64,000 nucleotides of DNA from an uncultured Solirubrobacteraceae bacterium. Its GTDB lineage: Bacteria > Actinomycetota > Thermoleophilia > Solirubrobacterales > Solirubrobacteraceae. Below are positions 1 to 9,936 of this stretch, one piece after another. The stretch spans positions 224,001-288,000 of the forward strand of contig CAZPQW010000001.1 in NCBI GenBank assembly GCA_964588985.1, written 5' to 3'. The position numbers were made by a program, and so were the translations under genes. The notes under the pieces are model-generated. The model did no database searches and was not told the DNA's origin. It worked only from the letters and a program-made list of their open reading frames with translations. Each line of letters begins with the position of its first letter. Within the stretch, counting starts at the first letter, position 1.

Positions 1-361
1 ACAGCACGAGCGTCACCAGGGGCCCGGCGGCGGCGACCTTGAACTCCTCGCCGGCGGTCTCCGGCTCGCGACGCATGTGCGAGAGCCCGCCGAAGAACCA
101 CAGATCGATGCCCGCGATCGGGATGCCCAGGCGCCTCGCCATGAGCGCGTGTCCCAGCTCGTGCAGGATCAGCGAGGCGAAGTAGCCGAGCGCGCCAGCC
201 ACGGCCACCGCGTAGGCGGTGCTCTGCGATCCGCCCAACAGCCGGTGAAAGTATTCAGAGAGGTAGTAGATCAGCAGGAACAGCACCACGAACCAGCTGG
301 CGCTGACGCCGATGCGAATGCCGAAGACGCGGGCTAGCTGGAAGTTGGTGCGTTTGGGCAT
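1..361 (-). CDS. Site-2 protease family (M50) membrane metalloprotease, N-terminal part (runs off window)
   Basis: Minus-strand translation MPKRTNFQLARVFGIRIGVSASWFVVLFLL...LHELGHALMARR (HExxH)...AAAGP; TACCAT 7 nt upstream of ATG. Confidence 0.88.
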   Translation of the reverse strand, partial: MPKRTNFQLARVFGIRIGVSASWFVVLFLLIYYLSEYFHRLLGGSQSTAYAVAVAGALGYFASLILHELGHALMARRLGIPIAGIDLWFFGGLSHMRREPETAGEEFKVAAAGPLVTLVL

Positions 362-400
362 TGACTCAATGGTAGGCCGGCGGGTCTCTCGACCCGCCTA

Positions 401-2098
401 CTACTGCGGAAGGCCGCGGGCGATGATCGAGTCGAAGTCGACCCACGCGGGGAGCGTGCCGTACTCGAGGCCCGCATCCCGGGCGACGCGCGACGCGCAG
501 AACGCGTCGGCCACCGCGGCGGGGGCGTGGCGCACGAGCAGCGAGCCCTGCAGGCACACGGCCATCGATTCGACCACCCGTCGCGCGCGGGTCTCGAGCG
601 TGCTCGGGTCTGAGAACTGGTCCTTCAGCGACTGCACGCGCGCGTCCAGGCGCCCATCGGCGCCTTGGGCCAGCTCGACCTCCGCGAGGAACACCTCGAG
701 CGAACGCGGTGAGCGCGTGAGCGCGCGCAGCACGTCGAGGCTCATCACGTTTCCCGAGCCCTCCCAGATCGAAGCGAGCGGCGCCTCGCGGTAGAGACGG
801 GGCATCCCCGACTCCTCCACGTAGCCCACGCCGCCGAAGCACTCGAGCGCCTCGAACGCATGGTTCGGCGCGCGCTTGCACGTCCAGTACTTGCCGACCG
901 CGGTCGCGAGGCGCTTGAACAGCTGCGCGTCGCTCTCGTCCTCGCCGGCCTGCGCGTCGGCGTGCGCCTCGTCGTAGGCGCGCGCTAGACGCATCGCGAG
1001 CACGGTGCTCGCCTCGGACTCCACGCACAGGTCCGCGAGCACGTTGCGCATCAGCGGCTGGTCGATCAGCAGCTTGCCGAAAGCGCTGCGGTGCGCCGCG
1101 TGGTGGGTCGCGAGGACGACCGCCGAGCGCATCCCCGCGGCCGCGCCGATCGCGCAGTCCAGGCGCGTGTGGCCGACCATCTCGATGATCGTCGGCACGC
1201 CACGGCCAGGCTCGCCCACCATCCGCGCCCACGCGCCGTGCAGCTCGATCTCCGAGGAGGCGTTGGAGTGGTTGCCGAGCTTGTCCTTCAGGCGCTGGAT
1301 GTGAAACGCGTTGCGCGAGCCGTCCGGGAGGATGCGCGGCAGCAGGAAGCACGAGAGGCCGTCGTCGGTCTGCGCGAGCACGAGGAACAGGTCCGACATC
1401 GGCGCCGAGCAGAACCACTTGTGGCCGATCAACTCATACTCGCCCCCGGCTCCGCCACCGCCCAGCGGCTTGGCGAACGTGGTGTTGGCGCGCACGTCCG
1501 AGCCGCCCTGCTTCTCGGTCATCGCCATCCCCGCGATCGCCGACCCCTTCTCGCTCGCGGGGATCGAGCGTGGGTCATACGTGGCGGCTGTGATCAGCGG
1601 CTCCCACTCGGCGGCGAGCTCGGGTTGCGCGCGCAGCGCGGGGACCACGGCGAAGGTCATCGTTATGGGGCAGGCGAAGCCTGCCTCGGCCTGCATCGCT
1701 GTCATGTACATCGCGGCGCGCGCCGCGTGAGCGAATGGCTCGTCGCTCGTCCACGGCAGCGAATGCAGCTCGTGCTCCACACCGAGCTGCATCAGTTTGT
1801 GCCACGCGGGATGGAACTCGACCTCGTCGATGCGGTTGCCGTAACGGTCGTGGGTGCGCAGCACCGGCTTGTTCTCGTTCGCCAGGCGGCCCCACTGCTG
1901 CTGCGGCTCGCCGCCGACGATTCGCCCGAGCGCGGACGCGCGCTCGATCACCCACTCCGCGCCCTCCCGTGCGACAGCCTCCACGAGCGGCGTGTTGCTC
2001 GCGAACACGTCCACGCCTTCGAGCGGCGGGGGCTGGTTGAAGACCGTGTGCGTCTGCCACGGCGCTTCCCCGTGCGCGGGATGCGAGGCGGTGGCCAT
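401..2098 (-). CDS. aidB: AidB-like acyl-CoA dehydrogenase
   Basis: THTVFNQPPPL N-terminus, GMAMTEKQGGSDVRAN, HKWFCSAP, RLKDKLGNxSNASSE, SIWEGSGNV. Confidence 0.9.
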   Translation of the reverse strand: MATASHPAHGEAPWQTHTVFNQPPPLEGVDVFASNTPLVEAVAREGAEWVIERASALGRIVGGEPQQQWGRLANENKPVLRTHDRYGNRIDEVEFHPAWHKLMQLGVEHELHSLPWTSDEPFAHAARAAMYMTAMQAEAGFACPITMTFAVVPALRAQPELAAEWEPLITAATYDPRSIPASEKGSAIAGMAMTEKQGGSDVRANTTFAKPLGGGGAGGEYELIGHKWFCSAPMSDLFLVLAQTDDGLSCFLLPRILPDGSRNAFHIQRLKDKLGNHSNASSEIELHGAWARMVGEPGRGVPTIIEMVGHTRLDCAIGAAAGMRSAVVLATHHAAHRSAFGKLLIDQPLMRNVLADLCVESEASTVLAMRLARAYDEAHADAQAGEDESDAQLFKRLATAVGKYWTCKRAPNHAFEALECFGGVGYVEESGMPRLYREAPLASIWEGSGNVMSLDVLRALTRSPRSLEVFLAEVELAQGADGRLDARVQSLKDQFSDPSTLETRARRVVESMAVCLQGSLLVRHAPAAVADAFCASRVARDAGLEYGTLPAWVDFDSIIARGLPQ

Positions 2099-2190
2099 GC
2101 GTCTAAGTCAAGCAGATGGCGCCGAGGCCGTAGTCGCCTGGGCGATAGCATCGGCGGCCCGGACCGCCCCCACCCGAAGGACCGACACAC

Positions 2191-3404
2191 ATGGCCAAGA
2201 TCAAGGTTGAGAACCCCGTCGTCGAGCTCGACGGCGATGAGATGACGCGGATCATCTGGTCGTTCATCAAGGAGCAGCTGATCCTCCCCTACCTGGACGT
2301 GGACCTGAAGTACTACGACCTGGGCATCGAGAGCCGCGACGCCACCGAGGACCGCATCACCGTCGAAGCGGCCGATGCGATCAAGCTCTACGGCGTGGGC
2401 GTGAAGTGCGCGACGATCACCCCCGACGAGGCGCGCGTTGAGGAGTTCGGCCTGAAGGAGATGTATCGCTCTCCAAACGGCACGGTGCGAAACATCCTCG
2501 GAGGAGTGATCTTCCGCGAGCCGATCGTCATAGCCAACATTCCCCGACTCGTACCCGGCTGGACGAAGCCGATCGTGATCGGACGTCACGCCTTCGGCGA
2601 TCAGTACCGCGCCACCGATCTGGTGGTGCCGGGCGAGGGCAAGCTGACGCTCACCTACACCCCGGCCGACGGCTCCGAGCCGATCGAGCTGGACGTGTAC
2701 GACTTCCCGGGCGCGGGTGTCGCGATGGCGATGTACAACCTCGACGACTCGATCCGCGACTTCGCTCGCGCGTCGCTGCGCTACGGGCTGGACCGCACCT
2801 ATCCCGTTTACCTGTCGACGAAGAACACGATCATGAAGCGCTACGACGGCCGCTTCAAAGACATCTTCGAGGAGGTCTACGAGGCCGAGTTCAAGAGCGA
2901 CTTCGAGGTCGCCGGCATCACCTATGAACACCGCCTGATCGACGACATGGTCGCCGCGTGTCTGAAGTGGGAGGGCGGCTATGTGTGGGCGTGCAAGAAC
3001 TACGACGGCGATGTCCAGTCGGACACCGTCGCACAGGGCTTCGGCTCGCTCGGGCTGATGACGAGCGTGCTGATGACCGCCGATGGCAAGACGGTGGAGG
3101 CCGAGGCGGCGCACGGAACAGTCACGCGCCACTACCGCCAGCACCAGCAGGGAAAGCCAACTTCGACCAATCCGATCGCGTCGATCTTCGCGTGGACGCG
3201 TGGCCTAGCCGCGCGTGGGCGCATGGACGGCACACCGGATGTGATCGGCTTCGCGGAGACGCTCGAGCGCGTTTGCATCGAGACCGTCGAAGGCGGAAAG
3301 ATGACCAAGGATCTGGCGCTGCTCGTCGGCCCCGATCAACCGTGGCAGACGACGCAGGAGTTCCTCGCGTCGATCGCCGACAACCTCACCCAGGAGATGA
3401 AACT

Positions 3405-3408
<4 letters not shown>
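2191..3408 (+). CDS. icd: NADP-dependent isocitrate dehydrogenase
   Basis: [53 protein letters not shown]. Confidence 0.97.
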
Positions 3409-4388
<980 letters not shown>

Positions 4389-4460
4389 GGGCGGGCTCCA
4401 CGGTCGGGGAGGCTCAGCAAGCAGCCTCCGCAAAGCAGATTCAGGGCAGTTGCAATACAA

Positions 4461-4497
4461 GAAGAGGGGCGCGGTCATTACGACCACGCCCCTCTTT
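4461..4497 (-). terminator. Intrinsic terminator hairpin between convergent mdh and the histone-like gene
   Basis: GAAGAGGGGCGCGGTC-ATTAC-GACCACGCCCCTCTTTC; the single mismatch becomes a U-G wobble on the minus-strand RNA, followed by UCUUGU. Confidence 0.75.
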
Positions 4498-4626
4498 CGT
4501 TCAGCTGATCCGCAAGCTCCCTAAATCAGGAGGGAAGTCCGACGGATCGGAGACGCTGACAAGGACGCAGGATGCGTGGTGTGCTTTGCACACGAGCATC
4601 CGAGGACGCCGCCAGCGGCTTCGAGA

Positions 4627-5109
4627 CTAGGACTTCGGGTGCCAGCCACGGCCTTTCTTCTCCACCTTTGCTTCCTGCTCGAGTCCGGGCAGCACGCGGT
4701 AGAGGTAGTTCTGCTTGATCCCCATCTTGGCTGCAAGCTCGGGGATGCTGATGCCAGGCTGTCCCTGCACGAACGACAGCGCCTCGGCGGCACGCGTGCC
4801 GCTGCCTTTGCGCCGTCCGGCGCGACGGCCTGCTTTTTTCGCTGCTTTGGGGGCTTTCGGTGCTTTGGGGGCGGCTGCCGGTTTGGCAGTTGCACGATTG
4901 ACTGAGCCGCGCGGACGTCCGGGTCCACGGCGGCGAGGGGTAGCGGTGGGAGCGACCGCAACCGCGGTGCTCGAAGAAGCTGCTGGTCCGCCAACGCCTG
5001 CGAGAGCTGCCGCGGCGGCCTCCAGGCGGCTGTACTCGTCGACCAGGGGCTTCAGCTCTTTCAGCCGAGCAGCGATCTCCTGGCGCTTCTCATCAAGAAA
5101 GTCGGTCAC
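4627..5109 (-). CDS. Basic histone-like DNA-binding protein: N-terminal coiled coil, AT-hook (GPGRPRGS), PKA repeats, C-terminal winged HTH
   Basis: GTG start with GAGGA RBS; K/R/A/P-rich linker; ISIPELAAKMGIKQNYLYRVL HTH. Confidence 0.8.
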   Translation of the reverse strand: MTDFLDEKRQEIAARLKELKPLVDEYSRLEAAAAALAGVGGPAASSSTAVAVAPTATPRRRGPGRPRGSVNRATAKPAAAPKAPKAPKAAKKAGRRAGRRKGSGTRAAEALSFVQGQPGISIPELAAKMGIKQNYLYRVLPGLEQEAKVEKKGRGWHPKS

Positions 5110-5188
5110 GGTATGAATCCTCTTCACTAGATTTGATGCAACGGCGTCACATCTTTTGAGGCTTGACCTTACACCAATTCCCTGATGT

Positions 5189-5632
5189 TCACCGTTCGAG
5201 GCGGGCGCGCAGTCGATCCAGTGTGCGCCTGGCCTCACGCTCGGGCATGCCACCGACGAGCGCACGACTGACTATCGCACCCACCGGTCCAAGTGGAGGA
5301 CGGAATTCGTTGCGATAGTCAAAGCGCGTGCCATCGCCTGTTGCCTCGAGGGCGTATTCGCTGCGCGCATGCGACCTTGCGGGCCCCCGTCCCTCCCATA
5401 TCGCCAGCTCATTAGGACGGCACTCGACGAGCTTCCAGTGAACCTCGAGGCTGACGCCGCGCATGTGGATCTGCTGATCCATCGTGTACCCAACGCGCAG
5501 CGGTCCGCCGTCGGCGTGCACGAGCTTGCGGTGAATGGTGACCCACTCACCCAGGGACGCGGGGTCCATGACGAGCGCCCACACCTGCTCGGGTGGAGCT
5601 GCGATCTCGATCGAGGCTGTGACGAGGCTCAT
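5189..5632 (-). CDS. SRPBCC (START-like) family protein
   Basis: MSLVTASIEIAAPPEQVWALVMDPASLGEW, a typical SRPBCC N-terminus. Confidence 0.85.
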   Translation of the reverse strand: MSLVTASIEIAAPPEQVWALVMDPASLGEWVTIHRKLVHADGGPLRVGYTMDQQIHMRGVSLEVHWKLVECRPNELAIWEGRGPARSHARSEYALEATGDGTRFDYRNEFRPPLGPVGAIVSRALVGGMPEREARRTLDRLRARLER

Positions 5633-5705
5633 GTGGGCTACGGCCGCGCTTCGGCCGACGCAGAACGGTAGCGGGGTGTGCGGGACGTCGCATCGGCGTG
5701 ACTCA

Positions 5706-6689
5706 TCAGCGGGCGGCCAGCGGCTCGCGCTGCTCCCACTCGGCGAGCGCGTGTTCGACGGCTGAGTCAAACGAGTGCAATCGCACGCCGAGAAGCTCGT
5801 CGGCGTGATCTTCGGCCGGCAGCAGGTCGCATTGCAGGCCCTCCATCAGTGGCACCACCAGCTCCGGGTCCTCGCTCGCGATAGCCGCCGCGACTCGGGC
5901 TGCGACCGGTGTCAAATTCACCCTGAACCTCACCGCGGGGCGCCTTACGAGCATCAGATCGGCGATCCGGGTGAGCATTTCGCCGTAGGTGAGGGTGTCG
6001 GGTCCGCCGATGTCCAGAGAGCGTCTCGTCGGTTGCGCGGTGGCGGCCGAGACGAGCATCTCGATCACGTCGCGAGCGTCGATCGGCCTGGTGCGAAAGC
6101 GCTGCCACGCGGGTAGTGTGAGTACCGGAAGTCGCTCGACCAGATGCACCAGCAGGCGAAACGAGCGCGACCGCTCGCCGATCACAATCGAGGCGCGCAG
6201 GGCCAGTGAGTCGGCGATAGCCGCCGAGAGGATGTTCTCAACCTCCACGCGGCTCGCTAGATGCGCCGAGGTGAGCTCGCGCTGTGTGGTGGCTTCTGTG
6301 TGCTGCTCCTCGCTCCGCGGGACGAGGCCCCCGAGATACACGATGCGGCGCACGCCCGCGCGTGCCGCGGCGTCGGCGAACCTCTCCGCCGCGACGCGCT
6401 CGCGCTCGACGAACGGCGACGCGTCGGCAGGGGGGCGCTCCATCGAGTGGATCAGGTAATACGCGACCTCCACATCCGCCATCGCGCGATCGAGCCCCTC
6501 GCCGGTGAGAGCGTCGCCGGACAGGACCTCGACGCGCTCCGCGTCGACGTTCGGGGTGCTGAAGGCAAGTGCCTCGCGGATACGTCGCGGGTCGCGGCCG
6601 AACGCGCGCACGACGTGCCCGTCGGCGCAGAGACGGGGGGCGAGCAGCGAGCCCACGAAGCCGCTCGCGCCGGTTACCAGGACGCGCAT
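5706..6689 (-). CDS. NAD(P)-binding Rossmann epimerase/dehydratase, YbjT-like
   Basis: MRVLVTGASGFVG, AYYLIHSM, RIVYLGGL, HLASR; alternative ATG at 6698. Confidence 0.85.
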   Translation of the reverse strand: MRVLVTGASGFVGSLLAPRLCADGHVVRAFGRDPRRIREALAFSTPNVDAERVEVLSGDALTGEGLDRAMADVEVAYYLIHSMERPPADASPFVERERVAAERFADAAARAGVRRIVYLGGLVPRSEEQHTEATTQRELTSAHLASRVEVENILSAAIADSLALRASIVIGERSRSFRLLVHLVERLPVLTLPAWQRFRTRPIDARDVIEMLVSAATAQPTRRSLDIGGPDTLTYGEMLTRIADLMLVRRPAVRFRVNLTPVAARVAAAIASEDPELVVPLMEGLQCDLLPAEDHADELLGVRLHSFDSAVEHALAEWEQREPLAAR

Positions 6690-6911
6690 CCCCTCCATGA
6701 TGACGCGATCGCGTCAAACGCCCGGAAAGTGCGGCGGGACCGGGAGGATTGTCACAGCAAAGTGACTGGATCTCGCCTATTTCCGGGTAGCGATTGTTTT
6801 CTCTGCGATTTGCGGAGTGGGTCGCCCGAGTCCCTTGAGCGGTGCTCGCAATCCTGCTTTGATCGCTCCCGTCGAGTCCATCCCACTCTCTCAGTTCGGG
6901 GGCAGGTATAG

Positions 6912-7157
6912 GTGCCGAGTACAACGAGCAGGCGTGCTCCCAAGCGAGCCACGCCCAAAGTCAGCTGCGATCAATGCTTCTTCCGGGTCAATCTCCTGTG
7001 CGCCCTGGAGCTGGAGGAGCCGTGCGCGACGTTCCGTCCCAACGAGGCCCAGTTGCGTCCGCCGCCACAGCTGCGCTTCGTGTTCCGTCAAGAGCGCCGC
7101 ACGCGAGCCGCGTGGGCGTTTCCCTCCGCGCAGGAGCAGGCCGCACTGCACGCATAG
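6912..7157 (+). CDS. Small Cys-containing hypothetical protein (possible metal binding)
   Basis: CDQCFF...LCAL...PCATFRP four-Cys pattern; GC3-rich codons. Confidence 0.65.
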   Translation: MPSTTSRRAPKRATPKVSCDQCFFRVNLLCALELEEPCATFRPNEAQLRPPPQLRFVFRQERRTRAAWAFPSAQEQAALHA

Positions 7158-7231
7158 CGGTGTCGCGGGCGCGCTAGCTGGGTATATTGAGCTTTCGACC
7201 CGCAAAGCTTCCGGCAGAGGTGGTGGCAGAC

Positions 7232-7684
7232 ATGGCAGCAAAAGACAGGTTGGGCAAGGCTGGGGAAGCCGCCCAGAACAACCAGTACCTGCAGCGCCTG
7301 ATCGAGGACGAGGAGCTCCGCTCGAGCCTGTTCTCCGCGTATGACGCCGCGCGCAATGCTTACTCACGTGTGAGCAACGGCAAGCCCGCCGGCTGGGCCC
7401 TGCTCGACGACAGCAAGTTCCACGACGAGCTCAAGAGCGCGGCATCCGCGCTGCGCGACGCATCGGGCGCCCTGCGTGAGCCTCCCAAGCAGGCGCGTAA
7501 GCGCCGTGGCGGTCTGGGCCGCTCGCTGATCCTCTTCGCGGTCGGAGCGGTGCTCGCGCTGGCTGTGAGTGAGGATCTGCGCTCGAAGGTGCTCGATCTG
7601 CTGTTCGGAGCCGAGGAGGAGTTCGACTACAGCTCGACCACCGCCCCGGCGACGCCCGCGCCGGCAGCGGTAGTCGGTAGCTGA
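7232..7684 (+). CDS. Hypothetical protein with one C-proximal TM helix
   Basis: ATG after GAGGTGG; NQYLQRLIEDEELR; basic patch then hydrophobic helix. Confidence 0.75.
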   Translation: MAAKDRLGKAGEAAQNNQYLQRLIEDEELRSSLFSAYDAARNAYSRVSNGKPAGWALLDDSKFHDELKSAASALRDASGALREPPKQARKRRGGLGRSLILFAVGAVLALAVSEDLRSKVLDLLFGAEEEFDYSSTTAPATPAPAAVVGS

Positions 7685-7705
7685 ACTCGAGCCTAGGGGG
7701 CAGGG

Positions 7706-8362
7706 ATGAGCATCTTGGATGCCACTGCAGTGGAGGAGGCTGTCGCGCCTGAGAGTCAGACGCGTCCTGGCGCCGCTCGCTCGCTCTCGGGTGAGAAGGC
7801 GCAGCGGATCATCGATGCGATGCGTCGCAGCGTCGCGCGTCGTGGCACCGCGGGCTCGACCTTTGAGCACGTCTCGCGCGAGGCGGGTGTCTCGCGAGGG
7901 CTGCTGCACTACTACTTCGGCACCAAGGAGCAGTTGCTCGTGGAGGCGGTGCGGCGCGACTGCGAGCTGCGCCTGGAGCGACTCGAGCGCCAGCTGTCCA
8001 CCGCCAAGACGGCCGAGGACTTCATCGGGTTGATGGCCAAGAACCTGCAGGACACCGTCAGCGAGGACCCCGAGTTCGTGACGTTGGTGTTCGAGCTTTT
8101 CACCATGTCGCGTCGCAACGAGGACATCGCGGTGGAGTACGCGGGCTTGATGCGACGCACGCGCGAACAGGTGGCGGGGATGCTCGCGGCCGCTCAGAGC
8201 GAGGGGATCCTGCGGTTGCACGCCGAGCCGGAGGCCGTCGCGGAGATCCTGTTCTCGATCGGCGACGGGTTCGCGCTGCGAATGCTTAGCGAGCCCGATC
8301 GCGACTTCTCGACGACGATCCAGGCGGGCATCGTGTGCGCGGGCGCGCTGCTCACCGATTGA
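7706..8362 (+). CDS. TetR/AcrR family transcriptional regulator
   Basis: TFEHVSREAGVSRGLLHYYFGTKEQLL. Confidence 0.93.
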   Translation: MSILDATAVEEAVAPESQTRPGAARSLSGEKAQRIIDAMRRSVARRGTAGSTFEHVSREAGVSRGLLHYYFGTKEQLLVEAVRRDCELRLERLERQLSTAKTAEDFIGLMAKNLQDTVSEDPEFVTLVFELFTMSRRNEDIAVEYAGLMRRTREQVAGMLAAAQSEGILRLHAEPEAVAEILFSIGDGFALRMLSEPDRDFSTTIQAGIVCAGALLTD

Positions 8363-8383
8363 CGGCTCCTATAATCGGCCTCC

Positions 8384-8752
8384 ATGCCGATATACGAGTA
8401 CAGGCGCCCGGACGGCACCACCTTTGAAATACAGCAGTCCTTCAGCGAAGACGCGCTGACGGTCGACCCGGACACCGGGGTGCCGGTGGAGCGCGTTCTT
8501 CACGCGCCCGCGGTTCACTTCAAGGGCAAAGGCTTCTACAACACCGACTACGGCACCCGCAACCGCCAGCGCGAGACCGCCGCGGCGGCCGAGAAGTCCT
8601 CCTCCGAGAAGTCGACGTCGTCGGAGAAGTCCTCGAGCGAGAAGACATCCGACAGCTCCAGCTCCACCCCATCGTCGACCTCGTCGGAGAGCAAGAGCGA
8701 CAAGAGCCCCGCCAAGGCCAAGGAGTCGAAGCCCGTCGCGGCCAAGGGCTGA
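8384..8752 (+). CDS. FmdB-family zinc-ribbon-like protein (Cys-less variant) with Ser/Lys-rich tail
   Basis: MPIYEYR...FE...VHFKGKGFYNTDY signature; TATAAT 8 nt upstream. Confidence 0.85.
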   Translation: MPIYEYRRPDGTTFEIQQSFSEDALTVDPDTGVPVERVLHAPAVHFKGKGFYNTDYGTRNRQRETAAAAEKSSSEKSTSSEKSSSEKTSDSSSSTPSSTSSESKSDKSPAKAKESKPVAAKG

Positions 8753-8761
8753 GCTCGCAGC

Positions 8762-9913
8762 TCAGCCGCTCATGAAGCGCGCGACCGCCGCTCGGCGCGC
8801 GCTTTCTGAAACCGTCAAGCCATCTCCTCCGCCGGGCAGCGTCATCGCTCCGGTCGGTTTGAGCACGCGCGTCGGCGGTGTGCCCGAGATGGCAAGCGCT
8901 CCAAACAGCCCGAGCAGGGTGGAGCCGCTCATGTCCGAGATGATCGCCGGCGGCGCATTCCATGCGATCAGCGGCAGACGCAGGAAGCTCGAGGGCGAGA
9001 GCAGGCGGCTCTTCATACCGTTGAACAGCGCCTGCTGGTGTTCCTCGCGCTGGAGGTCGGTCTCGTTGGGTGCGCACAGGTTCTCCCGCGTGCGTGCCAG
9101 CGCGAGCGCCTGCTTGCCATTGATGTGGTGTGTGCCGGCTTTCAGTCGGAGCGTGTAGCCGCCGTTGCTGAAGCCGCCGTCGAGCTTCGACACCACACAG
9201 CCGCCCGTGTAGCTCACACCTCCCATCGCGTCGATCAGCTGCGGGAAGTTTTCGAAGTTCACTTCCACCAGGTGGTTGATCGGTATGCCCAGCCAGCGCT
9301 TGATCACCGAGATCGACTCGGCCGGCCCGCCGAAGGCGTGCGCGGCGTTGATCTTCTGCAGTCCGTGCCCCGGGATTTCCACGACGGTGTCGCGTGGGAT
9401 CGAAAGGCGAGCGGAGTGCCCGCCGCCCGTCCGGATCAGCATGATCGTGTCCGAGCGTCCCGGGCCCGACGTTTCCGCCCCTGGTTCCTTGCTGTTCTTC
9501 TGGCGCCGATCCGAGCCGAGCACGAGGATGTCGTTGACCGACGTCAGCGGATAGCCCGCCGGGTCGAGCACGCTCGCGACATCCCCCGGCGGAGAGGTGC
9601 GGTTGAACTGCGAGCTGAGCAGGAACAGCACGAGCGAGAACAGGATCCAGAGGAGGGCGAGGGAGAGGAGGCTGAGAGCGATGCGTTTGGGCGTGGTCCA
9701 CCGACGCCAGCCGACGCGGCCCAGCTTCGGACGGCGGCGCAGCCGGCCGATCCGCTTCGGTTCGCTGGCCGGGGAAGGCGCTCTCGGATGACCTCGCGGG
9801 GGTGCCTGCGGATCGCTCGTCGCGGCGCCCAGCTCGTCTTCCTCGCCGCCCAGCAGCCTCCGCCGTGCGCGGTAGCGGGTGTACTGCGGCGGCTCTTCGC
9901 GGTCGGGGGCCAT
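8762..9913 (-). CDS. LCP (LytR-CpsA-Psr) family cell-wall glycopolymer ligase
   Basis: ILVLGSD, RSDTIML, LSIPRDT, KINAAH, ALALARTR; N-terminal TM helix. Confidence 0.93.
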   Translation of the reverse strand: MAPDREEPPQYTRYRARRRLLGGEEDELGAATSDPQAPPRGHPRAPSPASEPKRIGRLRRRPKLGRVGWRRWTTPKRIALSLLSLALLWILFSLVLFLLSSQFNRTSPPGDVASVLDPAGYPLTSVNDILVLGSDRRQKNSKEPGAETSGPGRSDTIMLIRTGGGHSARLSIPRDTVVEIPGHGLQKINAAHAFGGPAESISVIKRWLGIPINHLVEVNFENFPQLIDAMGGVSYTGGCVVSKLDGGFSNGGYTLRLKAGTHHINGKQALALARTRENLCAPNETDLQREEHQQALFNGMKSRLLSPSSFLRLPLIAWNAPPAIISDMSGSTLLGLFGALAISGTPPTRVLKPTGAMTLPGGGDGLTVSESARRAAVARFMSG

Positions 9914-9920
9914 CGGAGGG

Positions 9921-9930
9921 ACCCTATATT
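9921..9930. promoter_or_regulatory. Overlapping divergent -10 elements (TATATT on +, TAGGGT on -) for leaderless rsmI and LCP
   Basis: ACCCTATATT; 6 nt to ATG 9937 and 7 nt to ATG 9913 (minus). Confidence 0.65.
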
Positions 9931-9936
9931 TGCGAG

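Noticed and set aside
4570-4601. c-di-GMP-I riboswitch (GCAAA-containing stem)
   Set aside because: Lacks the GNRA/receptor two-stem layout and lies 3' of genes rather than in a leader
5161-5171. 11-bp GCTTGACCTTA shared with 34426-34436 upstream of the ECF sigma
   Set aside because: Probably just TAAGGT -10 boxes with similar flanks; a single 11-mer match is within chance for 64 kb
8590-8720. Short tandem GAGAAGTC repeats
   Set aside because: They encode the low-complexity SSEKS tail of the FmdB-like protein
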